This document shows positions 1-9,409 of a DNA stretch of 21,898 nucleotides, one piece after another; the stretch's first letter is position 1, and each line of letters starts with the position of its first letter. The DNA lies in IMG/VR virus record IMGVR_UViG_2718218402_000002; one strand, given 5' to 3'. A program made the translations under genes and the position numbers. The notes below the pieces were generated by a model. The model made no database searches and had not been told where the DNA came from. It saw nothing but the letters and a program-made list of their open reading frames with translations. Origin of the DNA: a virus. Lineage: Duplodnaviria > Heunggongvirae > Uroviricota > Caudoviricetes.

Positions 1-258
1 ATGAGGGACAAACCCACGAATCATAAACGCGGTAAAAACCCGGTGTGCATCGTTTTTGATTATTCCCGCACACTCGCGCAGAAGGAGTTCCCCGTCGGGC
101 TACGGTCATGGTTAATGCGGGAATACGGCGACGATACAGCGCATGATGTGTCTGGCCTGAATACCTTTATCCGTTAAAAGGGATATCAGTTAAGTTATCC
201 CGTGCAGGGTATAAGCCATTATCAAGCCCACCCGTAGATAGGCTTTGTAATGACATCT

Positions 259-783
259 TCAATTAATCAGCAGTTCAGGCTGTGTCACCTGCAAAATGTA
301 TTCATGCTCGACAGCCAGGACACGCTTCTCTCTCTTCCGTTCGTTCATTAACCGACTGCCGATCGTACCTTTCAGCTTTGAGCGTATTTCTTTGATGGCG
401 TAGCGGTGCTGCATTTCTTCGCCAATTGCCATGCGGCGGCTCAGTTGCTCTGCCATCCAGTTGAATGCTGCGATATAGCTCTCCTTGATTGCCGCAGCAG
501 CTTTCCCGGTGAACCCCATCACAACCATGATCCAGCCATCTTTCGTCAGGCTGTACATCGGGCGAACCTTGCCCTGCTCATCGATATAATCAGCCGACGC
601 AAAATTGCGTTGGCTAAACTCACGCGAGCAATCAGCCTTAACCTGCTCGATTTTCCTGAGAACATCACCGTGTCGCTTGCCGAAGTACTTGGCAATTTTT
701 CTGGATGTGGTAACGACCTCTCCGTTTTTGGCTTGCACCATTTCTCGGAAGTCGAAGGCTGGAATAACTGAATGATTATTCAT
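259..783 (-). CDS. Rha-family phage regulatory protein (antirepressor-like)
   Basis: ORF 259..819; likely start is the ATG at 783 (MNNHSVIPAF...). N-terminal KNGEVVTTSRKIAKYFGKRHGDVLRKI matches the Rha family as I recall it. Lies downstream of the lysis cassette on the late strand. Confidence 0.7.
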   Translation of the reverse strand: MNNHSVIPAFDFREMVQAKNGEVVTTSRKIAKYFGKRHGDVLRKIEQVKADCSREFSQRNFASADYIDEQGKVRPMYSLTKDGWIMVVMGFTGKAAAAIKESYIAAFNWMAEQLSRRMAIGEEMQHRYAIKEIRSKLKGTIGSRLMNERKREKRVLAVEHEYILQVTQPELLIN

Positions 784-924
784 AGCGTCTTTACCTTTTA
801 GAAAGTGAGCCTGTCTCACAGAAAAGCCGCCCGAGAGAGGTCGCCACCTATAACGGCATTTCTCAGGCTCGCTTACTGAAAGGCTCTCGTTAATATGCGC
901 GTGAGATGCGCGTTTACTGCGGAC

Positions 925-948
925 ATAAAAAAGCCCCGCATCGCGAGG
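925..948 (-). terminator. Putative rho-independent terminator after Rz/Rz1
   Basis: On the - strand a GC-rich hairpin (CCTCGC GAT GCGGGG, one G-U pair) is followed by a T6 run (plus-strand A-run 925-932). Confidence 0.45.
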
Positions 949-981
949 CTCATTAAATTGACTTTGTGATTTGCAAAAAAA

Positions 982-1449
982 TTATTTCAGGCATTGCGTC
1001 CTGATGTACTCCTGAAGCGTTCTCAGTGCTGTTTGGTCACGGATAATTCCGTCCCGGATACCGAGAACGTTTCGTCCAGCAACTGGAGAGAGTTCGACGG
1101 TGGCATCATTGCCCATGCCGGAGGCGCTGGAGGTTTCGGCTGAGGATGGCACAGAGCATTTTCCTTTGACGAGCACCCGACCACCATTATCAAGCTTGCG
1201 CCGAAGAGCATCATTTTCAGCTTTCGCATCAGCCAACTCCTTCGTGTATTTAGCATCGAGTACATCAGCAGCACGCTGGCGTTGCTGCATGTCAGTAATG
1301 GTGGCGGTCGCCTGCTTCAGCTCACTGACTTTTTTATCACGCTGCTCTTTGTAGGCGATGGCGTTATCACGGTAATGATTAACAGCCCATGACAGGCAGA
1401 GGATGATGCAAATAACCAGAGCGGAGATAATCGCGGTTACCCTGCTCAT
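982..1449 (-). CDS. Rz: Rz i-spanin
   Basis: [16 protein letters not shown]...[18 protein letters not shown] is near-identical to lambda Rz at the N-terminus and central region. The ATG at 1449 overlaps the endolysin stop (ATGA). Confidence 0.9.
   Translation of the reverse strand: MSRVTAIISALVICIILCLSWAVNHYRDNAIAYKEQRDKKVSELKQATATITDMQQRQRAADVLDAKYTKELADAKAENDALRRKLDNGGRVLVKGKCSVPSSAETSSASGMGNDATVELSPVAGRNVLGIRDGIIRDQTALRTLQEYIRTQCLK
1023..1229 (-). CDS. Rz1: Rz1 o-spanin, embedded in the +1 frame of Rz
   Basis: [21 protein letters not shown] has a lipobox followed by a proline-rich stretch ([11 protein letters not shown]), as in lambda Rz1. Entirely inside Rz in another frame. Confidence 0.8.
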   Translation of the reverse strand: MRKLKMMLFGASLIMVVGCSSKENALCHPQPKPPAPPAWAMMPPSNSLQLLDETFSVSGTELSVTKQH

Positions 1450-1943
1450 TGCTGCCCCCACAAACAGACTTCACGCTCAATATCACGACGGGTCATCAGC
1501 CCTTTCCATTGCTTACCGCCAGCGTATGTCCAGCGACGTAGCTGGTCACATGCGCCTTTGATATCACCCTGGTTTATTTTGCGAAGAAGCGTCGATGTTC
1601 TGAAATTACCAGCGCCCACGTTGTAAACGAGCGAGTAAAGAGCGCCGCGCGTTGTTTCCGGTATATCGACTTTGATGTACGGGTTAATTTGTCTGGCGAC
1701 CATGGCAAGGTCTTTATTCAGGAGGGCTTTGCATTCTGCTTCGGTATACGTTTTACCGGGAATGATGTCTTTTCCGGTGTGTCCGTGACATACAGTCCAT
1801 ACGCCAACGATATCTTCGTATGGTATGTAGCTGACACCTTCCAGGCCATCGTCACCACTCGGACCAGTGATGAGCACAGACGCTATGGCAACAGCCCCAC
1901 CACCAATAGCAGCAGCAACAGCCTTGCGTAATGATGGCGACAT
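1446..1943 (-). CDS. R: SAR endolysin (phage-21 R / DLP12 RrrD-type lysozyme)
   Basis: 165 aa. N-terminal Gly/Ala-rich signal-anchor-release segment ([20 protein letters not shown]), then a lysozyme domain closely matching DLP12 RrrD/YbcS as recalled. Confidence 0.9.
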   Translation of the reverse strand: MSPSLRKAVAAAIGGGAVAIASVLITGPSGDDGLEGVSYIPYEDIVGVWTVCHGHTGKDIIPGKTYTEAECKALLNKDLAMVARQINPYIKVDIPETTRGALYSLVYNVGAGNFRTSTLLRKINQGDIKGACDQLRRWTYAGGKQWKGLMTRRDIEREVCLWGQQ

Positions 1944-2158
1944 TATTCACCTCTCGCAGCCTTACGCTTATCTTCTTTAATCTTGAAATAAAGGTTTGTC
2001 AGATACGTCAGCAAGCCAAACACCAGGCTACCCAATACGCCTATTGCCACCCACTGGGATGGGGAGACTTTGTCCAGCAACTGCAGTAGCCAGTATCCCG
2101 TCCCCACCGCTGACGTGGTGTATGACACACCTGTTGTTATTTTTTCCATCTGGTACAT
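1943..2158 (-). CDS. S: Class II pinholin (S21/EssD-like) with dual-start motif
   Basis: [26 protein letters not shown]...RKAARGE matches S21/EssD. Two in-frame Met codons (2158 and 2149) fit an antiholin/holin pair. GGGAG lies upstream. Confidence 0.85.
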   Translation of the reverse strand: MYQMEKITTGVSYTTSAVGTGYWLLQLLDKVSPSQWVAIGVLGSLVFGLLTYLTNLYFKIKEDKRKAARGE

Positions 2159-2562
2159 ACCCCGTCTCCCGTTATCCGGAAGCTGACAACAATAAAAAGC
2201 CACCAGTTAATTCCTGATGGCCCTGATGCATAAACGTCATAATACCTGACTGTTATGATTGACAATAATGATAATGTTTATATAGAAAGGTTCCCGATGT
2301 GTGTTACATATCATTTCTCCACGGGGAATATCCCCACGCCAGCGCAGACTCTTTTACCCGTTCTCTTCTGCGCTGGCTCTTTTTTATTATGCTGCTGCAT
2401 TTACCTCTGGCACCAGGCTTTCTATCTCAACACAATACGTGGTACTTCTTGTAACCAATATCATAACGATTAATCGACATAGAATTTCTCCCGTGTACAG
2501 GAACAGAGTTAAAAAGCCGGAACCGGAATCAAATCACAGGATGACCATCTGCCAGTGGCAGG

Positions 2563-2595
2563 TCATAAAAAAAAGGCCGCGCCATGCGCAGCCAG
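2563..2595 (-). terminator. Rho-independent terminator in the Q-S interval
   Basis: On the - strand GGCUGCGC AUG GCGCGGCC (8-bp stem, one G-U) is followed by U8 (plus-strand A8 at 2567-2574). Confidence 0.55.
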
Positions 2596-2779
2596 AACTC
2601 ACAAGGAAAATGATAGAAGGAAATAACATTAGTGATGTACGCATGGCGCCTCCCGCTAAGTTCTGCAATGATCAAACAGAACTCGCTACGTGCCCTTAAA
2701 ACTCGATCATTTAGCCCCTCCAAGGAGGATTCACCATGCGGTTGATTTTTTAATAAACAGTAAACAAAAAAGTCAAGGA

Positions 2780-2890
2780 TTATTCATTCTGTTTTTTCAT
2801 CATCGGCCACAGCAATACCACAATGCCGCAGACCAGAGCGCCATCAGTCAGTACCAACATTATCCTGCTGGTGAAATCCATCATCACCAT
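2780..2890 (-). CDS. Possible small single-TM peptide (36 aa)
   Basis: Not in the ORF track (short). MVMMDFTSRIMLVLTDGALVCGIVVLLWPMMKKQNE has a hydrophobic core and a KK tail. No convincing SD; speculative. Confidence 0.2.
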   Translation of the reverse strand: MVMMDFTSRIMLVLTDGALVCGIVVLLWPMMKKQNE

Positions 2891-3023
2891 CACTAAAAGC
2901 AGGATCACAACAGCAAGCAGACACAGTTTATAAAACAATGTTCAGAAAACGCATTCAGCATGCCTAAGGTTCTATTCCTACGAATAGCCAACTTGCAACT
3001 TAAAATATTATTTATGCAGCCAA

Positions 3024-3740
3024 TTAAATTCTGGTCCTTACAATATCAACCTGAAGATTCTTATCTTGTGCTGATTGATAAATGACAAACCTTTTACTAC
3101 CTGCATTGAAAGAAGTAGACAAAACCAGACAATTATCATAACGAGCAAGAACATAATACCAACCATCATTATAATTAATCATTTCATATTCTTTCTTAAA
3201 CTGCGGTTTGTAATATCCTGTCAGAAATGAAAAAAGCCAGAAATATGCCACAAAAGCAATCATCACAATCTCAAAAAAATGTTTTTTTATAAATGGCTTA
3301 TCATAGAAGCATGATACCGATAAAAATCGCCCATAAGATCTTATCGAAATTGTAACCGCCAGCGCAATCGCTGCTGACAGTAGCAAAAGAGGTACCTGAA
3401 TCTTCTGTCTCAATATAGAAAACTCAATAATTGCCGGCACAAACAATAATTCCACAGCAAAATAAAGGCGAAATACATTTAGCTCTTGCATAGAATGTTT
3501 TCTTTTCACTGCGAAAAAGAATACAACACCAATACCCCAACCGATAAGAAATATAGCAATGACGATAACTGCAAAAAATAAACTTCTGGCAACATCATCA
3601 ACACCTGCACCTACAATCCACCATGGGAAGCCGTAGTAAAAAGAAGTACCCCATCCATAGAAATAAGCACTCCCCCATCCAAGGCATCCCATGTAGGCAA
3701 TAAAAAGTGAAGAACTCCTGAGCAGTGCACCATCCTTCAT
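3024..3740 (-). CDS. Hypothetical polytopic membrane protein (moron between Q and holin)
   Basis: ORF 3024..3782 (252 aa). Preferred start is the ATG at 3740, preceded by GGGGTGG. Several hydrophobic segments N-terminally and a polar C-terminal domain. Markedly AT-rich versus flanking genes. No family recognised. Confidence 0.6.
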   Translation of the reverse strand: MKDGALLRSSSLFIAYMGCLGWGSAYFYGWGTSFYYGFPWWIVGAGVDDVARSLFFAVIVIAIFLIGWGIGVVFFFAVKRKHSMQELNVFRLYFAVELLFVPAIIEFSILRQKIQVPLLLLSAAIALAVTISIRSYGRFLSVSCFYDKPFIKKHFFEIVMIAFVAYFWLFSFLTGYYKPQFKKEYEMINYNDGWYYVLARYDNCLVLSTSFNAGSKRFVIYQSAQDKNLQVDIVRTRI

Positions 3741-3924
3741 AACCACCCCAATACAAGATGATAACATTGGCTTACAACTCATAACAAAAGCAATTCAATG
3801 CCGTCAAGAGGTTACAGGCTAAAAAAACTCTATTACATTGCAGTCAGCATGTTTACTACACAAATACAATTCAGAGCATAAAAACTACTCGGCGGCAGGT
3901 TATTGAGACTCATCAATGACATGT

Positions 3925-3980
3925 AAAAAACGCCCATTATTGGTGTCAAGTTTCCCCAAAGTTATTCAAAAAGTCAATAT
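3925..3980 (-). promoter_or_regulatory. Late promoter pR' / qut-like region
   Basis: The - strand reads TTGACTTTTTGAATAACTTTGGGGAAACTTGACACCAATAATGGG, closely resembling the lambda pR'/qut region as recalled, about 40-90 bp downstream of the Q stop. Confidence 0.55.
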
Positions 3981-4019
3981 TATGCCGTTAATATGTTGCC
4001 ATCCGTGGCAATCATGGCG

Positions 4020-4643
4020 CTAACGTGTGATCGCATTCAAAATGTTGTCTGCGATTGACTCTTCCTTGTGGCATTGCACAACCAGAGCGTCATACAGCGG
4101 CTTAACAGTGCGTGACCAGGTGGGTTGGGTAAGGTTTGGGATTAGCATCGTCACAGCGCGATATGCGGCGCTTGCTGGCATTCTTGAATAACCGACGCCT
4201 TTACATCTTCCGCACTCTTTCTCAGCAACTATCCCCCACTGCTCTGTTTTGGCTATATCAACCGCACGGCCTGTACCGTGGCAATCTCGGCATCTTGCGC
4301 CCGGCGTAGCGGCACTACGGCAATAATCCGCATAAGCGAATGTTGCGAGCACTTGCAGTACCTTTGCCTTAGTATTTCCTTCAAGCTTTGCCACGCCACG
4401 GTATTTCCCCGATACCTTGTGTGCAAATTGCATCAGATAGTTGATAGCCTTTTGTTTGTCGTTCTGGCTGAGTTCGTGCTTACCACAGAATACAGCCATT
4501 CCGAATCCGGCTTGTGATTGCGCCATCCCCATAGCAGCCATCACATCAGTACCGGAAAGAGAGTCAGAAGCCGTGGCCCGTGGTGAGTCGCTCATCATCG
4601 GGCTTTTTGGCGAATGAAATTTAGCTACGCTTTCGAGTCTCAT
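4020..4643 (-). CDS. Q: Late antiterminator Q
   Basis: 207 aa, essentially identical to lambda Q as recalled ([29 protein letters not shown]...NILNAITR). Confidence 0.95.
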   Translation of the reverse strand: MRLESVAKFHSPKSPMMSDSPRATASDSLSGTDVMAAMGMAQSQAGFGMAVFCGKHELSQNDKQKAINYLMQFAHKVSGKYRGVAKLEGNTKAKVLQVLATFAYADYCRSAATPGARCRDCHGTGRAVDIAKTEQWGIVAEKECGRCKGVGYSRMPASAAYRAVTMLIPNLTQPTWSRTVKPLYDALVVQCHKEESIADNILNAITR

Positions 4644-5305
4644 GCGCCTTCTCCCTGTACCTGAATCAATGTGAGGTTTCCGCAGAACACTGCGCCAGTA
4701 TCGATATACATCTGGTTGGCAAATTTGAGTGGTTTCACTGCTGGCGTATGACCAAAGATGAACGTGTCCGCGCCTTTGATTTCTTTCACGATCCCGTCTT
4801 GTGAGTTGCTGATTCGTTCGCGGTTCCAGATTACCTGCTGATGATCAACTGGCTTTCCAAACTCGTATTTATCACAAGGATAATCGGCGTGGCAGATGAC
4901 ATATTTTTTTCCTTTACTCACCAGTTCGATGATTAACGGAAGTTCATCTGCTTTATGGGCAAGAGCTTTAGCCAGAATTTCTTTGTCGTAATCGAGATTA
5001 AAGAACCAGCCACCGCCATTAAGCAGCCAGTGATTGACGTTTCCACGCTCTGATAAGCCATCAATCATCATTTGCTCATGGTTTCCACGTACAACTCTGA
5101 ACCAGGGGAATGTGATTAATTCCAGGCATTCTACGTTCTCTGTACCGCGATCAACCAAATCGCCCACCGAGATAAGCAGGTCTTTTTTGGTGTCGAATCC
5201 TATCGTCTCCAGTTTTTTCATCAGGTTCGTGTAGCATCCGTGCAGATCGCCAACTACCCAAATATTTCGGTATTTGCTGCCATCAATTCTTTCGTAGATA
5301 TTCAT
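4640..5305 (-). CDS. ninI: Ser/Thr protein phosphatase NinI
   Basis: 221 aa with metallophosphatase motifs GDLHG, GDLVDRG and GNHE; matches lambda NinI (orf221). Overlaps the Q start. Confidence 0.9.
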   Translation of the reverse strand: MNIYERIDGSKYRNIWVVGDLHGCYTNLMKKLETIGFDTKKDLLISVGDLVDRGTENVECLELITFPWFRVVRGNHEQMMIDGLSERGNVNHWLLNGGGWFFNLDYDKEILAKALAHKADELPLIIELVSKGKKYVICHADYPCDKYEFGKPVDHQQVIWNRERISNSQDGIVKEIKGADTFIFGHTPAVKPLKFANQMYIDTGAVFCGNLTLIQVQGEGA

Positions 5306-5916
5306 GCAACCTCACTTCTGCTATTTCGCAGGTCTTTGAGTTTCTGTTGGTACTCTGCCTTGATCGCCTTGCACTCTTCGACAGTCCAGCGATGGCGGTT
5401 ATGGTTTGATTCGATTTCGTCTACTGCTTCCTGCCCGATTCGGTTAATCAGTTCGACGCGATACGGAACGAGATTTCCGCTTTTATGCTGGTTGCACACC
5501 ACGCATTGCTTGTGAATATTGCGTTCATCAAATCGGAGTTGAGGTGCCGCAGCAGTTGTCCGGTAATGCCCGGCATCCCACTGAGCAGACGTGAGCGTTC
5601 CGCACGAGATACATGGTAAGTCGCGGTCTCTTTCTCTGATGAAGGCGTTTACGGCTTGTTGGGCTTGTTTAATCCAGTAACTGCGGGGCTTTAAGGCGAG
5701 TTTTCGAATCTTAAGTTTATCTTTCTGTTTCTGATCCTCTCGTCGTCGTTTCTTCTCTGCTGCTTTTTCCGCTTTTTCGCGTTCTTTACTTCGTCGTTCG
5801 AGTGCTATCTTGGTTCCACACTCTGGAGAGCACCACCACTGATTAGCGAATGCAGGGTGAAACCATTCCCGACATTCATCGTTTTTACATCGTCTTCGCG
5901 CTGGTTTAGCCATCAT
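5302..5916 (-). CDS. ninG: NinG (Rap) recombination protein
   Basis: 204 aa, Cys-rich, matches lambda NinG. Its stop overlaps the NinI start, leaving no room for a ninH. Confidence 0.9.
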   Translation of the reverse strand: MMAKPARRRCKNDECREWFHPAFANQWWCSPECGTKIALERRSKEREKAEKAAEKKRRREDQKQKDKLKIRKLALKPRSYWIKQAQQAVNAFIRERDRDLPCISCGTLTSAQWDAGHYRTTAAAPQLRFDERNIHKQCVVCNQHKSGNLVPYRVELINRIGQEAVDEIESNHNRHRWTVEECKAIKAEYQQKLKDLRNSRSEVA

Positions 5917-6076
5917 CTTCTTCCTCGTGCATCGAGCTATTCGAATCGCTCATCAGCTCTGCGCAGCAGTGCTCACACACGTGAACTTCCAGCACATGCA
6001 GCTTCTGACCGCAGTTAGCGCACGTTAAAGCTCGCTCGACGCTTTCTTGTTCGTAACTTCGATTTTGGTCAATCAC
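5906..6076 (-). CDS. ninF: NinF-like small protein
   Basis: Track ORF 5906..6118. Probable GTG start at 6076 overlapping the ninE stop (GTGA), with GAGG upstream. Cys-rich (CANCGQ...CEHCC). Confidence 0.65.
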   Translation of the reverse strand: MIDQNRSYEQESVERALTCANCGQKLHVLEVHVCEHCCAELMSDSNSSMHEEEDDG

Positions 6077-6255
6077 CTTGTTTTCCTCGCACAATGTCTT
6101 AGCCACCGGATATCCCACAGGTGAGCCGTGTAGTTGAAGGTTTTTACGTCAGATTCTTTTGGGATTGGCTTGCGTTTATTTCTGGAGCGTTTCGTTGGAA
6201 GGTATTTGCAGTTTTCGCAGATTATGTCGGTGATGCTTCGTCGCTGTCTCGCCAC
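6073..6255 (-). CDS. ninE: NinE
   Basis: 60 aa basic protein ([33 protein letters not shown]...), the size and character of lambda NinE. Confidence 0.8.
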   Translation of the reverse strand: MARQRRSITDIICENCKYLPTKRSRNKRKPIPKESDVKTFNYTAHLWDIRWLRHCARKTR

Positions 6256-6395
6256 ACGTCCTCCTTTTCCTGCGGTAGTGGTAACACCCCTGTTGGTGTT
6301 CTTTCACACCGGAGACACCATCGATTCCAGTAAGGTTGCCCGGGTCGAAAGCGATCGTCTTCCTTTCGCTCTCCACATCGATAACAGTGCTTCAT
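6222..6395 (-). CDS. Small zinc-ribbon protein (NinD-position)
   Basis: Track ORF 6222..6413. An ATG at 6395 overlaps the methyltransferase stop (ATGA). CYRCG...CLRC motif. Confidence 0.4.
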   Translation of the reverse strand: MKHCYRCGERKEDDRFRPGQPYWNRWCLRCERTPTGVLPLPQEKEDVWRDSDEASPT

Positions 6396-6982
6396 GCGAT
6401 CACCATTTTGCATGGTTTAATCGCCATGCCGGGAGCCAGTTCAAAATCGGAGTCGCACTGATTGCCCCACATATCCCACCCGGTCACTTTGTCGCGGCTA
6501 AATAACTCACAGCGCGGCACGTCGCCAAGCAACTTAGCTAACATGTCTCTTACGATCGGTGGTTTTGCACTGTGCTCCATTCTCGGTGCGGTAAAGTGCT
6601 GGCATATTGAAGCGTCCATTCTCTCAGGCAACCGCCCTCGAACAGCAAACAAGCAATCCTCGCTATTTGCCCGGGTCATATGCCCCATTCCGATCGCACT
6701 GTTGCCTTTGTGCTTATTGGTTTTGTGCCAGGTAAAGCCTTTCATAGTCATCAACCTGAATCCCCACGACTCAACTACCTTTAGCGCTTCGGCTGGCTGT
6801 GTCGGCACCCACCACATCGCTAACAAGCAAGATTCTGGATCCGCTAAATCCCATACTGGCAGTCGGCAAATGTCCTGAACATTCATAACATCGTATTTAT
6901 GTCCAGCACCGCGATTGCCATCGTTGGCTTTGTCGCGATATTGCCAAGGCGGATCTGCGTAAATAAGTCGGTATTTGTTCAT
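6392..6982 (-). CDS. DNA N6-adenine methyltransferase (MT-A70-like, DPPW motif)
   Basis: 196 aa starting [15 protein letters not shown], the catalytic motif of N6-adenine methyltransferases. Sits where lambda carries ninC. Confidence 0.8.
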   Translation of the reverse strand: MNKYRLIYADPPWQYRDKANDGNRGAGHKYDVMNVQDICRLPVWDLADPESCLLAMWWVPTQPAEALKVVESWGFRLMTMKGFTWHKTNKHKGNSAIGMGHMTRANSEDCLFAVRGRLPERMDASICQHFTAPRMEHSAKPPIVRDMLAKLLGDVPRCELFSRDKVTGWDMWGNQCDSDFELAPGMAIKPCKMVIA

Positions 6983-7419
6983 GCAGCTTTATCTCCCCAT
7001 CGCGCTTTCCATTCCAGAGCCAGTCTCGCTTCGTCTGACCACTTAACGCCACGCTCTGCACCGAATGCCTGTATAAGCTCTAATAGCTCCGCAAATTCGC
7101 CTACACGCATCCTGCTGGTTGACTGGCCTATTACCACAAAGCCATTCCCGGCAAGGTTAGGAACAACGTCCTGCTGCTTTAATGCTGCGGTAAACACACA
7201 CTTCCAGCTTTCTGCATCCAGCCAGCGACCATGCCATTCAACCTGACGCGAAACGTCACCAAGGCAAGCCCAAAGCTTTCGATTCTGGTCTAAGCTGCGG
7301 TTGCGTTCCTGAATGGTTACTACGATTGGTTTGGTTGGGTCTGGAAGAATTTGCTGTACCGCGTGAATAGCGTTTTGCTGATGTGCTGGAGATCGAATTT
7401 CAAAGGTTAGTTTTTTCAT
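6979..7419 (-). CDS. ninB: NinB (Orf) recombination mediator
   Basis: MKKLTFEIRSPAHQQNAIHAVQQILPDPTKP... matches lambda NinB. Start ATG at 7419 preceded by GGGGGAGAGGG. Confidence 0.9.
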   Translation of the reverse strand: MKKLTFEIRSPAHQQNAIHAVQQILPDPTKPIVVTIQERNRSLDQNRKLWACLGDVSRQVEWHGRWLDAESWKCVFTAALKQQDVVPNLAGNGFVVIGQSTSRMRVGEFAELLELIQAFGAERGVKWSDEARLALEWKARWGDKAA

Positions 7420-7436
7420 GACTTCCCTCTCCCCCA

Positions 7437-7466
7437 AATAAAAAGGCCTGCGATTACCAGCAGGCC
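7437..7466 (-). terminator. tR2-like intrinsic terminator
   Basis: On the - strand GGCCTGC-(8 nt)-GCAGGCC is followed by TTTTTATTT. Lies between ren and ninB, the lambda tR2 position. Confidence 0.65.
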
Positions 7467-7492
7467 TGTTATTAGCTCAGTGATGTAGATGG

Positions 7493-7783
7493 TCATCTTT
7501 TAACTCCATATACCGCCAATACCCGTTTCATCGCGGCACTCTGGCGACACTCCTTAAAAATCAGGTTCGTGCTCATCTTTCCTTCCCGTTCTTCCCTGGT
7601 AGCAAACCGGTAATACACCGTTCGCCAGACCTTACCTTCGATAACCAGAAGACCTGCCCGTGCCATTTTAGCCGCGGCCTGATTTATGCTGGTTACTGTT
7701 GCGCCTGTTAGCGCGGCAACGTCCGGCGCACAGAAGCTATTATGCGTCCCCAGGTAATGAATAATTGCCTCTTTGCCCGTCAT
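7493..7783 (-). CDS. ren: Ren
   Basis: 96 aa, matches lambda Ren in size and position after P. Confidence 0.85.
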   Translation of the reverse strand: MTGKEAIIHYLGTHNSFCAPDVAALTGATVTSINQAAAKMARAGLLVIEGKVWRTVYYRFATREEREGKMSTNLIFKECRQSAAMKRVLAVYGVKR

Positions 7784-8481
7784 ACACTTGCTCCTTTCAG
7801 TCCGAACTTAGCTTTGATTTCTGCGATCTTCGCCAGAGCCTGTGCACGATTTAGAGGTCTACCGCCCATGACAGGAAGTTGTTTTACTGGTTCAGGGATC
7901 GCCTCACCACGGTTAATTCTCGCAGTCATATGGACAAGCTCATCTGCGGCCTTACGGCGTAATTCCGCATCAGTAAGCGCATTGGCCCGCATGTTCTGAT
8001 ACAGGTTGGTAACCAGCCAGTAGTGCGCGTTTGATTTCCACGGATAAGACTCCGCATCCGGATACAGGCCTCGCTTCCGGCAATACTCGTAAACCATATC
8101 AACCAGCTCGCTGACGTTTGGCAGTCCGGCGATAACGGATGCTTCTTCCCGGCACCATGCAACAAACTGCCCGGGTGATGGCAGAAATGGTCGATTCTGC
8201 CGACGGGCTACGCGCATTCCTGCGTTAACCTGTTCCATTGTGGTGATCCCGTTTTCCCGGAAAGCCAGAACCCACTGGCGGCGGATTTCGTTCAGTTCGT
8301 TCTGGTCACGGTTAGCCAGACTCGCCGGGAAAGTTGCCAGTAACTGGCTGAACACACCGTTGATGATCTGCGCTACCTGCTGTACCTGCGGCTTTTCGTC
8401 GTACTGTTCCGGCATGTTGTTGGCGATCCGACGCATCTGCTCACGGTCAAAGTTAACCATCTGTGCGGCGATGTTTTTCAT
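7780..8481 (-). CDS. P: Replication protein P (DnaB loader)
   Basis: 233 aa, near-identical to lambda P as recalled (MKNIAAQMVNFDREQMRRIANNMPEQYDEKPQ...). Confidence 0.95.
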   Translation of the reverse strand: MKNIAAQMVNFDREQMRRIANNMPEQYDEKPQVQQVAQIINGVFSQLLATFPASLANRDQNELNEIRRQWVLAFRENGITTMEQVNAGMRVARRQNRPFLPSPGQFVAWCREEASVIAGLPNVSELVDMVYEYCRKRGLYPDAESYPWKSNAHYWLVTNLYQNMRANALTDAELRRKAADELVHMTARINRGEAIPEPVKQLPVMGGRPLNRAQALAKIAEIKAKFGLKGASV

Positions 8482-9377
8482 AAATCCACCCCGTAAATCC
8501 AGTCAGTGTTTGTCAGGTCGAGTTTTGGTTTGCTGGCTGTCACGCCTGCCTGTTGCTTGTTACGGTTGATTTCGAGCTGGGTCCACTTGTCGCGGAGTTT
8601 GGCCGGGCTCAGCACGTTACCGGACCAGAAGTTGTCCTGGCATGCCCAGCGGAACAGTACGCACATGTCGCGATGGTTACGTCCGTCACGTTCACGCATC
8701 AGGCGGATATCGTTAGCCCACCCTGCAAAATTCGGTTTTCTGGCTGATGGCGCGATGGTCTTCACCATGTCAAACATCCACTCTGCGGCGGTCAGGTCTT
8801 CTGCTGTTCCCCACTTGCTGCCGCTCTGAATTGCAGCATCCGGTTTAACCACAGAAAGATCGTTTTCTGGCTGGTCAGAGGATTCGCCAGAATTCTCTGA
8901 CGAATAATCTTTTCTTTTTTCTTTTGTAATAGTGTCTTTTGTGTCCCCCTGTTTTGAGGGATAGCAATCCCCCAATTTGAGGGATGTTTTATCCCTCGTT
9001 TTAGGGGATTTTCCCTCGTTTTGAGGGATACACCATTCTGAGATGTTTTTATTTGGTCCAAACATGCCGCCTTGCTGCTTGATAATATTCATTCTGACGA
9101 GTTCTAACTTGGCTTCATTGCATCGTTTGACAGGTAACTTTGTAATCTCGCTAAGTTGAGAATCGGTGATTCTGTCCATAGGTTTATTCCACCCATAGGT
9201 TTTACGCAGAATGGCAAGCAGCACTTTAAACTGTCGCTTGGTCAGATCTGCGCCCGAATAAGCCTCAAGCAGCATATTTGATAGTCTGGCGTAACCATCA
9301 TCGAGATCTGCCACATTACGCTCCTGTTCGGCAAAGTTACCTCTGCCGAAGTTGAGTATTTTTGCTGTATTTGTCAT
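8478..9377 (-). CDS. O: Replication initiator O
   Basis: 299 aa, near-identical to lambda O (MTNTAKILNFGRGNFA...). Contains the origin iterons. Confidence 0.95.
   Translation of the reverse strand: MTNTAKILNFGRGNFAEQERNVADLDDGYARLSNMLLEAYSGADLTKRQFKVLLAILRKTYGWNKPMDRITDSQLSEITKLPVKRCNEAKLELVRMNIIKQQGGMFGPNKNISEWCIPQNEGKSPKTRDKTSLKLGDCYPSKQGDTKDTITKEKRKDYSSENSGESSDQPENDLSVVKPDAAIQSGSKWGTAEDLTAAEWMFDMVKTIAPSARKPNFAGWANDIRLMRERDGRNHRDMCVLFRWACQDNFWSGNVLSPAKLRDKWTQLEINRNKQQAGVTASKPKLDLTNTDWIYGVDL
8944..9030. repeat. ori-lambda iterons (four ~19-bp repeats) with adjacent AT-rich tract
   Basis: Four tandem repeats of the form TCCCTC-gtttt-GAGGGA at 8944-8963, 8968-8986, 8991-9009 and 9011-9030; AT-rich stretch at about 8905-8940. 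All inside O. Confidence 0.85.
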
Positions 9378-9409
9378 AATGACTCCTGTGGATTGATCCA
9401 GTAATTCCC

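Noticed and set aside
1-258. 58-codon + strand ORF from position 1 (1..177) and a 29-codon - strand ORF after the Rha stop
   Set aside because: No recognisable product; the + strand ORF may simply be the truncated end of a gene cut by the window edge; too short and unsupported to call.
406-771. 121-aa + strand ORF inside the Rha gene
   Set aside because: Lies entirely antisense to a well-supported CDS, has no RBS and a low-complexity composition; a shadow ORF.
1100-1354. 84-aa + strand ORF antisense to Rz/Rz1
   Set aside because: Antisense to two recognised genes, Ser/Ala-rich with no start context.
2529-2723. 64-aa - strand ORF in the Q-S interval
   Set aside because: Non-ATG start, no SD, and it spans the terminator hairpin at 2563-2595.
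2255-2896. + strand ORFs 2255..2473, 2301..2699 and 2690..2896 in the Q-S interval
   Set aside because: Mutually overlapping, low-complexity (one ends HHHHH), and on the strand opposite to late transcription. The 59-aa sub-ORF from the ATG at 2297 has a possible SD and a hydrophobic segment, but a hairpin with T-run (2339-2388) sits inside it; not called.
2159-4019. tRNA genes between Q and the lysis cassette, as in Stx phages
   Set aside because: No T-arm/acceptor-like motifs (GGTTCGAATCC-type) or cloverleaf-compatible segments were seen on either strand.
8506-8829. + strand ORFs 8506..8829 and 8553..8747 inside O and P
   Set aside because: Antisense to near-identical lambda O/P coding sequence; shadow ORFs.
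8944-9030. Iteron repeats as a CRISPR array
   Set aside because: Only four repeats, no unique spacers of regular length, and they lie inside the O gene; this is the lambda-type replication origin.
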